Below are positions 42,153-53,761 of a stretch of 64,000 nt of DNA, piece after piece (the first letter of the stretch is position 1; every line of letters begins with the position of its first letter). The notes beneath the pieces were generated by a model. That model made no database searches and was not told the origin of the DNA. It saw only the letters and a program-made list of their open reading frames with translations. The stretch is from Octopus vulgaris. Lineage: Eukaryota. Made by a program: the position numbers and the translations under genes. Location of the stretch: NCBI GenBank assembly GCA_951406725.2, contig OX597817.1:157108001-157172000 (forward strand), written 5' to 3'.

Positions 42153-42665
42153 TCTATATATATAAAACTGTAGTTGTGTGAGTGTCTGTCCCCTTCGATT
42201 TAGATTCCTAACTACTCCCACATTTTGCGGTGCAGTTTAACCAAATTCGGATATCTTATAGTCGTGATTCATATCGAGCCCGTCTGAGTATTAGCGCGCG
42301 TCTACGATGAGTCTACGATTTTAAAAATAATTTAACATCATTTTTTATTCCATTTTAATGCATAATTTTTCGTGTGTCGATGGCGGCGGAGTTGGCGTCC
42401 ATGGTCATACCTGCACCTGTTTGCTTCTCCCCCTTCTTCCCTCCCTCGTGAAGCTGTGGGGAAGGGAGTGTAAGGAAATCAACGTCGTAAAGCGTTGTCA
42501 AGGAGACCAGCGTTCTTTTAGAACAACGACTTCATGGCTTGAAGACACCAAAACAGAAATGGCTAAGAAAGCCCGAATTGGCATCTATAAGGGAAGTAAC
42601 TCTCTAAAAATGCTTATATAGTTTTTTCCCTTACAAACCCGAGCAACGTCGGGCGATACTGCTAG
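42153..42665 (+). mobile_element. Non-autonomous Helitron, 513 bp
   Basis: 5' TC, 3' CTAG, subterminal hairpin CCCGA-GCAACG-TCGGG (42638-42653), inserted between A and T with no TSD. Confidence 0.9.
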
Positions 42666-42999
42666 TATATATATAAATGAGTAACAAAGATGTACAGGTG
42701 TCAGTTCATTATGGCCATTTCAAGCGACTCCTTTAATTGATTAATGAAAACATTACATCATTTGAAAGAAACCTTTCTCGTTAGATGACCACATAGACTT
42801 TCAATATAATGGATGCCACCACTGCTTTGACATATTCACATCAATAATAGAACTCAAAATATTTATATTGTTTCTGTTGTTCTTCTAGTAACCCTTAGCC
42901 CCTTTGATCTATAAGCTTTCAATATTTACATTATCTATTTACCCCTTCAGTTTGGGAATCTCTTCCCTCATAGTATAACATAAATTTTATAATAGTTTA

Positions 43000-43756
43000 C
43001 TGTAAAAACCCATGTAAGTTATGCATTTTTTTCCCTGCAAAAATAAAAATAATCTTTAGGGGAGCATAAATTAGCATAAATTACATGAGTAGACTGTTTC
43101 CAGAATATTTTTGGAATTTTTTTTTTTTTTGTTGAGAAAAGACGTACTAAACATAAACATTTATACAGGAAATTTACTCATTTAAAGTTACAAAAAAAAT
43201 AAGGGCTTAAATATAATGAATTTGACTTTTATTTATGCTGGATGGTATAAAGCTTACTTTTTCTGTATAAATTTATCAAAGCCATTAAATGGTTAACTAC
43301 TTTTTGAAGTCTGACGTTCATGCTGGAAATAACGGTCCGGCCATATTTGACATATTTTACTCAGCTGAGTAAAGTGTTATCCAAGCTGATGTTAATTGGT
43401 AATTAAACTTAATTTGCAACACCTGTGTGTACTTATTAACTTTGTTTTCATTGATAATTCTTCTCAACAACTTTTCCTTTATAAACAACACAAACACCTT
43501 GTAATTTAATAGCTTTTAACGTGATACCTGTTAAACAGAAATTATTTTTATTTAATGAAAGAAAAATCTAATCATAAGTAATTGAAATTAAGCAAAATAC
43601 AACTAAATTGAAAACCCTCTCCCCTGGCCATATCGGCAATTCTGAAAACTTTTGGGTGTGAATTTCACATGAGTAGAAGCTTTTTTTTTAACATTTTTTA
43701 TCCTGAAAAACCACCTGCATAAATTACACCTGTACAAATTACTTGGGTTTTTACAG
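43000..43756. mobile_element. pogo-type MITE
   Basis: TIRs CTGTAAAAACCCATGTAA / TTACTTGGGTTTTTACAG, TA on both sides. Confidence 0.75.
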
Positions 43757-44782
43757 TACTAAATTTTGCACCTCCATTAAGTATAAAATATACCCTCTAA
43801 GATGTGCTACTATTTTACCTGGATCATTGTCTTTGATGTATTTTAGAAATATTTTATAAACCCATTTCCGCAGGTACTTTTATTTCCCGTAAATCTTTGA
43901 TATATGTATTTTATTGTATATTGCATTGATAATAATAATATGTTTAGGAATTCTTTTTTGATATCTCAGTATCATTATAAAATAATCCTTATTTTATTTT
44001 ATTCTCAATCTTTATTTATGTCTCTTTTATGCCTTTTATATCATTCTGTAATAGATATTTTATCAATTTTTATACTTTATATTATCAAATTTTTTTATCT
44101 ACTTACAGACCCTCTTATACATTTATGTAGCTTTTATAGGTTATAAATGGTTTGGCAGTTTATAATTTCTTTTCATAAAACTCACTGTATAATATATTAT
44201 ATTTTTATATTTGCAATTACACACTATGTTTTATTAAGTTTTATATGAGTAAGCAACCAACAAAACTCCTTGTAACACCAAAGATGAAATGAAGTTTATG
44301 GTGATGATGCTGTAGGTGAATCAACTGTTCAATGGTGATTTGCAAAACTTAAAGCTGGAGAGTTTAACTTGGAAGATGACAGTTGTAGTGGAAGACCTTC
44401 AAAATTGGATGGATCAAAAATCAAAGAAAACTCAAATAGCACGACTAGAGAACTTGCAGAGGAGTTGGAAGTTTCTTAAAGTACGGCTCATAAACACCCA
44501 GCGAAGCTACGATACATTTCTTGCTATAATGTATGGGTCTCTCACAAACCCTCAGAAAAGAATTTGTTGACAAGTATTCCATTTGTGATATGCTTTTGAA
44601 AGCATGCCTTTTTTGAAGTAACTTGTGACTGGAGAGGAAAAGTGGAATCTGTATGAAAATGTAATGTGAAAAAGATCCTAGAGTTTATGTAAGGATCCCC
44701 CAAAACAGCAACCAAAGATGAATATCTATGCCAAAAATGCTATGCTTTGTGTCCGGTGAGATCATAAAGGCATTATTTATTA

Positions 44783-45295
44783 CTAGCAGTATCGCCCGGT
44801 GTTGCTTGGGTTTGTAAGGGAAAAAACTATATAAGCATTTTTAGAGAGTTACTTCCCTTATAGATGCCAATTCGGGCTTTCTTAGCTATTTCTGTTTTGG
44901 TGTCTTCAAGCCATGAAGTCGTTGTTCTAAAAGAACGCTGGTCTCCTTGACAACGCTTTACGACGTTGATTTCCTTACACTCCCTTCCCCACAGCTTCAC
45001 GAGGGAGGGAAGAAGGGGGAGAAGCAAACAGGTGCAGGTGTGACCATGGACGCCAACTCCGCCGCCATTGACACACGAAAAATTATGCATTAAAATGGAA
45101 TAAAAAATGATGCTAAATTATTTTTAAAATCATAGACTCATCGTAGACGCGCGCTAATACTCAGACGGGCTCGATATGAATCACGACTATAAGATACCCG
45201 GTTTTGGTTAAACTGCACCGCAAAATGTGGGAGTAGTTAGGAATCTAAATCGAAGGGGACAGACACTCACACAACTACAGTTTTATATATATAGA
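44783..45295 (-). mobile_element. Second copy of the 513-bp Helitron, inside the mariner relic
   Basis: Near-identical reverse complement of 42153-42665. Removing it restores mariner codons GIIYYELLPQN. Confidence 0.9.
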
Positions 45296-45687
45296 TGAGC
45301 TTCTCCCACAAAACAAGAACATTAATTCTGCTGTGTACTGTCATCAGTTGTTTAATTTGAACCAAAAAAATCAAGGAATTGAGGCCAGAGATTGCCAACA
45401 GGAAAGGGATAATGTTCCAAGAAAACAATGGCCAAACACATGTATCTTTGGCTACCCAAAGTTACATGAACTTGGATGGGATCTCTTACATCATCCCCCA
45501 TATTCCCCTGATGTTGCCCCATCCAACTACCACTTGTTTTTCTCTCTACAGAACTCATTGCAAGGAAAAACATTTAATTTAGATGGAGTGAAAATGCATC
45601 TAGATATCTTTTTTCCCTTCAAACCCAGTCAAATTTTATGCTGATGGAATGTTTTAATTGCCTGATAGATGGGCAAATGTCACTAAT

Positions 45688-45991
45688 GTGGAGGCGCATG
45701 GCCTAGTGAATAGAGCAGCGGACTTGCAGTCGAGGGATCGTGGTTTCGAATCTCAGACAGGGCGATGTGTGTGTTTATGAGTGAAACACCTAAGCTCCAT
45801 GCAGCTCCAGCAGAAGGTAATGGCAAACTTCTGCTGACACTTTCGACACAACTTTCTCTCACTCTTTCCTCCTGCATCTAGCAGCTCACCTGCGGTGGAC
45901 TGGCGTCCCGTCCAGGTGGGGAACCCATATGCCAAGGAAACCGGGAAACCAGCCCTTATGAGCCAGGCGTGGCTCAAGAAGGAATAAACAT
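45688..45991 (+). mobile_element. tRNA-derived SINE inserted in the mariner relic; related copy at 53463-53709 (-)
   Basis: tRNA-like head and GACTGGCGTCCCGTCCAG core. 14-bp TSD CAAATGTCA(C/T)TAAT at 45674-45687 and 45992-46005. Confidence 0.85.
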
Positions 45992-46353
45992 CAAATGTCA
46001 TTAATAATGGAAATTATTTCATTGAATAAAATTTATTGAAGGATCAGTTATGCATATCCCTTTTTTCCATAATAAAAGAAAACTCAGAACTTTACAAATG
46101 ATAACAATAATGAGTGAGATTTAATCAATATTTACATAGTATTCCACTATTCTAAACACAGTTTAGAATTATAATTATCCAGTTATTCATATGGATATTT
46201 TGAAGTAATTGCTATATGTTTACAATGAAAATAATATAACGAATATTATTTCTCGTTCAATGGCCTATTAAACACTGAATTTGAATATATTTTATAATTT
46301 CAGCTTAGTCACCTACTTCTCTTATGTGTTCTCTGTATAGTTCAAATTTACTA

Positions 46354-46419
46354 ATGGAATCAACTGAAAGTAGGAAATATATTCAACTGGCTTGGCTATG
46401 CTGGGCTTTCTGCTTGAAT
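46354..46419 (+). CDS. MFS transporter (MFSD4/NaGLT1-like), first coding exon
   Basis: ATG..MESTESRKYIQLAWLCWAFCLN then |gtaagt. Joins in phase 0 to the next exon to complete TM1. An upstream tttcag at 46298-46303 suggests a non-coding 5' exon further upstream. Confidence 0.7.
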
Positions 46420-47749
46420 GTAAGTTATATTTGTTTATAGTTGCTTTTCATATTTTAAAACTTGCCCTTTTTGCTTTGACTAAAATCCTCAACAATCATC
46501 TTTAATTTAAAGTATGACATATTTATTCAATTTCTCCTATAATATCCCCACAAATGCATTGGCAGGGTGTCTCTGCTAATACCAATGCTTGAAACCTTTT
46601 ACTTTGCTTGTTTACCAACATCCCTGCTGTAAAAGCCAACATCTTTGCAACCTATTTTGATTTAATTCCACTCATAAAACAGACAAACACATACTGTCAT
46701 GAGAAGAATGCTTGAAGTAAATAAATCTTATTATTTTATCTTTGTCATAAAACAATCCTCAACTAAACTCTATTCATAAGATAGTGATTATTTGAAAATG
46801 AAGCAATAATATTATAAGCAAAACAGCTTATTAATCTTTACAAAGATTTGATTTCCTTCAAAATCAAATCCTTGTAAATCCTTGTTCCTGGACAAAGTAT
46901 TGTAAATTCTCTTAATTTTACTGATAGAACTGTATCCTCTTCATCTAAATCCCCAAGAATTAATCTCAAGGACCATAAATCTAACTTCTCTCTAATGCTT
47001 GATGTGCCCTTACAAAATCAGGCTTAGATAGAATAAATAAAAACATTATTGATAGAATTATTCCTATCCAGGTTAGTAAATCTCCACTTTGTTTAAGATC
47101 CAGTACATACAATTTTATCAAATGGTTCATTGATCTTTAGACTAAGAGAGATACCAAAGTTTTTTACATTCTGATATCAATAGTTACTATTCTTCAACGT
47201 CCCCTATTCTCCTTAACAGTTTCTGCATTATTGAAAATTTATGAAATGATTAAGTGTTAAGGAAATCTCATTACTTAACAAGATGACATAAAGAGCAACC
47301 ATCCGAGTGTGATCATTGCTGGAGCGGCTATCTGGCCTCCGTGCTGGTGGCACGTAAAAGACACCATTCGAGCATGATCATTACCAGCATCGCCTTACTG
47401 GCACCTGTGCCAGTGACATGTGTAAAAGATTCGAGTGTGGTTGTTACCAGTACCCCATGACTGGCCTCGTGCCGGTTGCATGTAAAAGCACCCACTACAC
47501 TCTCGGAGTGGTTGGCGTTAGGAAGGGCATCCAGCTGTAGAAACTCTGCCAGATCAAGATTGGAGTCTGGTGCAGCCATCTGGTTCGCCAGCCCTCAGTC
47601 ATTCGTCCAACCCATGCTAGTATAGAAAGCGGACGTTAAACGACGACGAAGATGATGATGATGATGATGCATATATATTGCATGTCCGTCCAAGTTAATT
47701 TCAATTAGCAGTTTAGCATTTCAACATTTAGAGAATAATGATAAATATA

Positions 47750-48195
47750 TATATGGTACGACCACACTTGGAATTCGCATCATCAGTTTGGAACCCCTAT
47801 CTTGCTCAGAACATTGACCTCCTGGAATCTGTTCAGAGACGTGCAACCAAACGCATACCCTCCATCAGACACCTACCATATTCTGAGCGCCTTGGCATGG
47901 ATTCACTGAAGCTCCGGCGTCTGGCGACGGACTTGGTAAACACCCACAAAGTTATCAACCACCTCACCAACAACAACACTGAACACCTTTTTGATCTCCA
48001 TGTGTCTAACACACGTTGGAAACATTTTTTTCACGCTCAGAGTTGCTGAAGCATGGAATAAACTGCCTGCGTCAGTTGTTGACTGCCATGACACTGCATC
48101 CTTTAAGGCCCTCATGCTTTCCAAAATCCGCCGAAACTACACCTGATTATATATACACTTTAGATGAGTTGTAGTGCACCTGAGCACTGTACACA

Positions 48196-48258
<63 letters not shown>

Positions 48259-48890
48259 ACTGATGTATATTGTTCTGACGTTTGGCAGCTGACTTGGCAG
48301 ACACCCATAAAATTATTAACCATTTTACTAACAATAACTCTGAGCACCTTTTCAAACTCCATCCGTCTAACACCCTAGGTCATGTTTACAAAGTCAGAAA
48401 ACAGCACAGCTCCCATGACTTTTGGAAACATGTTTTCACACTAAGAGTTGCTGGAAGTATGGAACAAACTGCCAGCATCAGTTGTTAGTTGTTGGAGTAC
48501 TGCATCCTTCAAAACTTCCATGCTTCCTGAGATTCGCCAACACTACACCTGATTTTCTCCTCTCCATACACACGCAAGCATGTATCTGACTCATACACTG
48601 TTCGCTTTCCATGACTTTTGGAAACATTTTTTCACACTAAGAGTTGCTGAAGCATGGAACAAACTGCCGGCATCAGTTGTTAGTTGTTGGAGTACTGCAT
48701 CCTTCAAAACTTCCATGCTTCCTGAGATTTGCCAACACTACACCTGATTTTCTCCTCTCCATACACATGCAAGCATGTATCTGACTCATACACTGTTCAC
48801 TTTCCAGACATTTGTACATTACTGCATATACTTTATATGCACTTTTAACAAGTTGTGGTGCACCTGAGCACTGTATACAATAATTTTATT
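47750..48890 (+). mobile_element. Cluster of CR1-clade LINE 3' ends, partly tandem
   Basis: VRPHLEFASSVWNPY...LESVQRRATK...Y.ERL and FF..RVA.AWN.LP motifs, with (ATT)n tails. Confidence 0.88.
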
Positions 48891-49084
48891 TTTATTATAT
48901 CAACTAATTAGCTATAATAAGTCTTTCATATAAATTATGTATAAATTATGTCCATAAATGTATCACTGATCCTCCTTATATCTATACTGGTAATTAAACT
49001 AATAGCATGTAATCTAAATACTACTAATTAACTCTAAAATTGTAGCTCCTTTGGCTTACTTCTAGATCTAATAATAATAATAAT

Positions 49085-49505
49085 GAAATTATTGTATACA
49101 GTGCTCAGGTGCACCACAACTTGTCAGAAAGTGCATATAAAGCATATGCAGTAATGTAGAAATGTCTGGAAAGCGAACAATGTATGAGTCAGATATATGC
49201 TTGTATGTGTATGGAGGGGAGAAAATCAAGTGTAGTGTTGGCGAATCTCAGGAAGCATGGAAGTTTTGAAGGATGCAGTGCTCCGACAACTAACAACTGA
49301 TGCTGGCAGTTTGTTCCATGCTTCAGCAACTCTCAGCGTGAAAAAATGTTTCCTGAAGTCATGGAAGCTGTGTTGTTTTCTTACTTTGTAAATATGTCCA
49401 CAGGTGTTAGATGGGTGGAGCTTGAAAAGGTGCTCAGAATTATTGTTTGTACGATGGTTGATAATTTTATGGGTGTCTGCCAAGTCAGCTGCCAGACGTC
49501 GGAGT
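49085..49505 (-). mobile_element. CR1 3' end, inverted
   Basis: Minus-strand ORF ...RKHFFTLRVAEAWNKLPASVV; reverse complement of 50991-51300. Confidence 0.88.
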
Positions 49506-49674
49506 TTCTATGTCTCCCATACTTTATTTTATTTTAAATTATTTCATTACATATCTTAACTTACCTTTAGCTTGTTGCTTCCATTTACTTCTCTTTTTTA
49601 TCTCTCTTGTATGTGTATGAAGTAATTTATCTATTTAAATATATTCATATTTATCAATTTATAATGATTTTCAG

Positions 49675-49960
49675 GGTTTCAACAATGGTATTATCGGTCC
49701 AAGTCTACCAGACCTTGCAGAGAATATTGACCAACATATCAATGAAATAAACGTTATTTTGCCCACCACATCTGCAGGAAATTTCTTTGGAATCCTTATT
49801 AGCAGTACATGTTTAAAATCTAAAAGCCTCTATCTATTTATAACCGTCAGTCTGTTATTAGGGGCCATATCTACTTTTTTCATTCCTTTGGCTGGAAATC
49901 TCACAAATACTTTAATTCTATTTTTTTTACAAGGCCTCTCAAAAGGATTGGTTGATGCTT
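49675..49960 (+). CDS. MFS transporter (MFSD4/NaGLT1-like), coding exon 2
   Basis: ttttcag| and |gtaagt. GFNNGIIGPSLPDLAENIDQHINEINVILPTTSAGNFFGILISS...FFLQGLSKGLVDA. GPSLPDL and QG...G..D resemble MFSD4/FucP-type MFS N-terminal motifs. Confidence 0.88.
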
Positions 49961-50990
49961 GTAAGTACCTCTTACCGCTTTTGACACTAATATAATTGGG
50001 ATAAATTTGGATAAACCAGATAATGTTATTATTCAACCCTAGGTCGTCTCTGAGCGAGTAAGCCTATGATCGAATGTATTCTCATCAAGACCAACCATTT
50101 TCCTGTGTATATTAAAAATATATCATCCAATATGTTCTCTTTACTTAGGATGTGATTTGAAACAGAGTTGGCTTCTATTTCTTGTAGGTTGAGTTACTTC
50201 CTCAAGATTGTTCCTACAGCTAACCATTTAAATGTAAATAAGAGTAGAACCAGTCTTTTTAGCAACAAAGCAGGGATAGTACAAGCTGAGTTCTTCATGG
50301 TTACAATGGTTGTAGAAAAGTTTTAACTTATGACAATGTGACCAGCAGTCTAGTAAACAGTGAATAACTAACAATGAGAAAATTTAGAAAAGCTAAAATA
50401 GATTCATCAGATGTTCAGTGGTTATGATAGATATTTCCAGTTACTTAGGCACCCTACTATGTGCTCAATGAGCAGCCAATGATAGTATAAAATGAAGTAG
50501 AACACGATAAAGCAACTTTGAACTTTAAAGCAGAAAAATACTATGCTTTTACTAATAAAAAGCAGGTTGTACTATATAAGTGCTGCAGGGTGTTGCAGGG
50601 AAAAGTAAAGCAGGAATACTTTTTTCTTTTTTGTCATTTCTGAAGTATTTGTGTAGTTCAGTTGTTTGGCTATTTTCTTCCCTCAAGAAAAATACTCTAA
50701 AAGAATATGAAGAATGCAATCAAATATCAAAACAACTGGACAAATCTCCCTTTTCTACCCAAACGTCTTTGAACTTCGAGCCAAACTTGATGCCAAAATA
50801 TAAAAAATACATCTTCATATTTTCTATCTCTAAAGCACATCATCTGTTCTTGTTACATCCTATACATCAACTTGGTTCTGAAACGTGTCTACACAGCACA
50901 TACAATTAGCATCTACATTTAATTGCATCTGTAAATAATACTCTGATATTTTATAAAGTTTCTCACCTCCAAATCCAGACTTTACCAGTC

Positions 50991-51300
50991 TATATTTACA
51001 AAGTCAGAAAACAACACAGCTCCCATGACTTCAGGAAACATTTTTTCACGCTGAGAGTTGCTGAAGCATGGAACAAACTGCCGGCATCAGTTGTTAGTTG
51101 TCGGAGCACTGCATCCTTCAAAACTTCCATGCTTCCTAAGATTTGCCAACACTACACTTGATTTTCTCCCCTCCATACACACACAAGCATGTATCTGACT
51201 CATACATTGTTCGCTTTCCAGACATTTCTATATTACTGCATGTACTTTATATGCACTTTCTGACAAGTTGTGGTGCACCTGAGCACTGTATACAATAATT
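50991..51300 (+). mobile_element. CR1 3' end
   Basis: Same family as 49085-49505, opposite orientation. Confidence 0.88.
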
Positions 51301-52108
51301 TAATTATTTATTATTATGACATCTCCGTAGCTGCTCATCATCTAGTGAAGAGAATGCACCTCACCTCTTTGTGTCACATAACACCACACACTCTTTGCAG
51401 TTAACTGGTTGGTGCTCTGCCAGTTTTATGCTACGGTGGAGGAAAGTGTTTCAGTCCCAATACATTTGAGACAGATAAGTAGAAGAATGGAAAGAGAAGT
51501 TGACTCCAGCATGGAGTGAACTCAGAACCAAAAACAAAAAAAAAAGAAGAGGCTGTGATGTACATTATCCTCACAAGATGGTGAGCAGTAACAGAGATGC
51601 CATTGAATTGGAGGCAAGAAACAATTTAAAGCATCAGCATATTATTCGGAGATACAATCAAATTCTCCTCCTCATCATCATTGTTTAACGTCCGTTTTCC
51701 ATGCTAGCATGGGTTGGACGGTTTGACCAGGGTCTGGGAAGCCAGGAGGCTGCACCAGGCTCCAGTCTGATCTGGCAGTGTTTCTACAGCTAGATGCCCT
51801 TCTTAACGCCAACCACTCCGTGAGTGTAGTGAGTGCTTTTTACGTGCCACTGGCACAGGGGCCAGAGGAGGCTGGCAACAGCCATGATATGTTGGTGTTT
51901 TTTATGTGCCACTGGCACAGAAATCCAGCCAAGGCGACACTGGCATTGGCCACATTCAGATGGTGCTTTTTACGTGCCACCGGCGTCGATGCTAATTGTA
52001 TATGCTGTGTAGACTCTGATACTTAGTACTGTACTATTTCTACAAACTCCCTGTACCCTTTATTCTTTAATGTAAAAGTCTGTTTTTACCTTTTTTTTCA
52101 TCTTTCAG

Positions 52109-53043
52109 ATTGCTATGCATTATGCCTGTGCCTATTTCCATCAAACCATAATTGGCAAATGTTGAGCTTGCCTGTAGCTTCAGCTTTTTCTGGACTCACC
52201 GTTGCATTCATAGTCAAAGCATTCCAGAGCCACTTGATTATTTATTCACATGCCAACATCACTTCCATCAGTGAATGCACAGAAGACACTTGTTACATGA
52301 CCCCTAACAGGATTTCTTATCCCTATATGATTGTATCTCTTATATTAGTCCCACCAATTCTGGCATTCTTCTACTATTTTATTGCAGATCTACTGAAGAA
52401 AGTAAAAAGAGTTGACTATACTGTCATATTAGATTTGCCTTCTGTCAGATCGATAAATCTAAAAGACAAACTAGCCTTCATTATTTTAATTTTCTTCTTT
52501 CATATTCCTGTATATGGAAGTATCATAACCTACAGTCATTTATTGACCCTTTATGGAATATCATCTCCGTTGTTTCAATCTAAATCTGTTATGGCCACTA
52601 TAACTGCACTGTTCTGGGGCTCAGTTTTGCTTGGAAGAATAACTAATGTGTGTCTCTCAAGATATATATCCATGCAACTGTTACTCACCCTCAATTTTGT
52701 AGGTTTAGTGATATTTTCAACAACCCTGTTCTTCTTCAAATTTGATATTGTTTACATTTGGGTTGGTTCGTTAGGGTATGGCTTCTTTCAATCGTCTTTT
52801 CTACCATCTGTAATGACATGGGCTGGATCATTCTTGGAGTTGGATGTCATTATTCTGTACACATCATTAATTGCCAATGGAGTTGGTGAAATAGTTATTC
52901 CTTATACAGCTGTTTTAATGTTTCAACACATAAGTCATAAGGTACTGATGTTACTCATATTTATATTAAGTTTAATCGAACTAGGGTTATTTTTAGCAAT
53001 ATGTTATCTTAAAAGAGTCCACAACAACAAAAACAATACATAA
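52109..53043 (+). CDS. MFS transporter (MFSD4/NaGLT1-like), large terminal coding exon
   Basis: tctttcag| acceptor in frame with the 294-aa ORF 52159-53043. Multiple hydrophobic segments, FWGSVLLGR and G...SS.LP motifs typical of the MFSD4 family. Spliced product about 428 aa. Confidence 0.9.
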
Positions 53044-53375
53044 TGTTTTAAAGGCTTTGCAAGTTCTTGTAAAAATATATTTAAAATTTATATTGAATTG
53101 TTGTTTTACATTGAAAATAACTAAAAAACAATTGATAAATATTCAATATCAATATAAATCTAGTCAAACATTGAAATAATAGAAATTCAAAGTTACAAAT
53201 TATACATTTTGAAAAGACATTATGGGAAAATACTGTAGCATATTATGTTGGTAATATATTATGCACTGTTGCCAACTTATAATAGTGTTCTGAACATGTC
53301 ACACCTTGTTACTTGCAAGACTTTTCATTAGTATCACTTGCATGCCATAAGACATTACAACATATGAGATTGGCT

Positions 53376-53455
<80 letters not shown>

Positions 53456-53708
53456 AAGTAAATGTGCCCTTTTAAAGCCTAGCAAGGCTCATGGGCCTGG
53501 TTTCCTGGATTCAATGGCGTATGTGTTCCCCAGCTGGACGGGATGCCAGTCCATCACAGTGTTACACATTTTTGCCAGCTGAGTGGACTGGAGCAACGTG
53601 AAATGAAGTGCTTTGCTCAAGAACACAATGCGCCACCCAGTCCAGGAGTCGAAACCACAATCTTACGATCATGATGCTGACACCCTAAACACCAAGCCAT
53701 GTGCCTCC

Positions 53709-53756
<48 letters not shown>

Positions 53757-53761
<5 letters not shown>

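Larger units (their letters stand above)
44260..46029 (+). mobile_element. Decayed mariner transposase, interrupted by a Helitron and a SINE
   Basis: LVTGEEKW, GIIYYELL, YCHQL, LHHPPYSPDVAPSNYHLF and terminal PDRWANVINNGNYFIE*. Confidence 0.88.

Noticed and set aside
42358-42621. Duplicated 87-aa ORF (also 44827-45090)
   Set aside because: It lies inside twin non-autonomous Helitrons and has no recognisable domain; conservation reflects recent copying.
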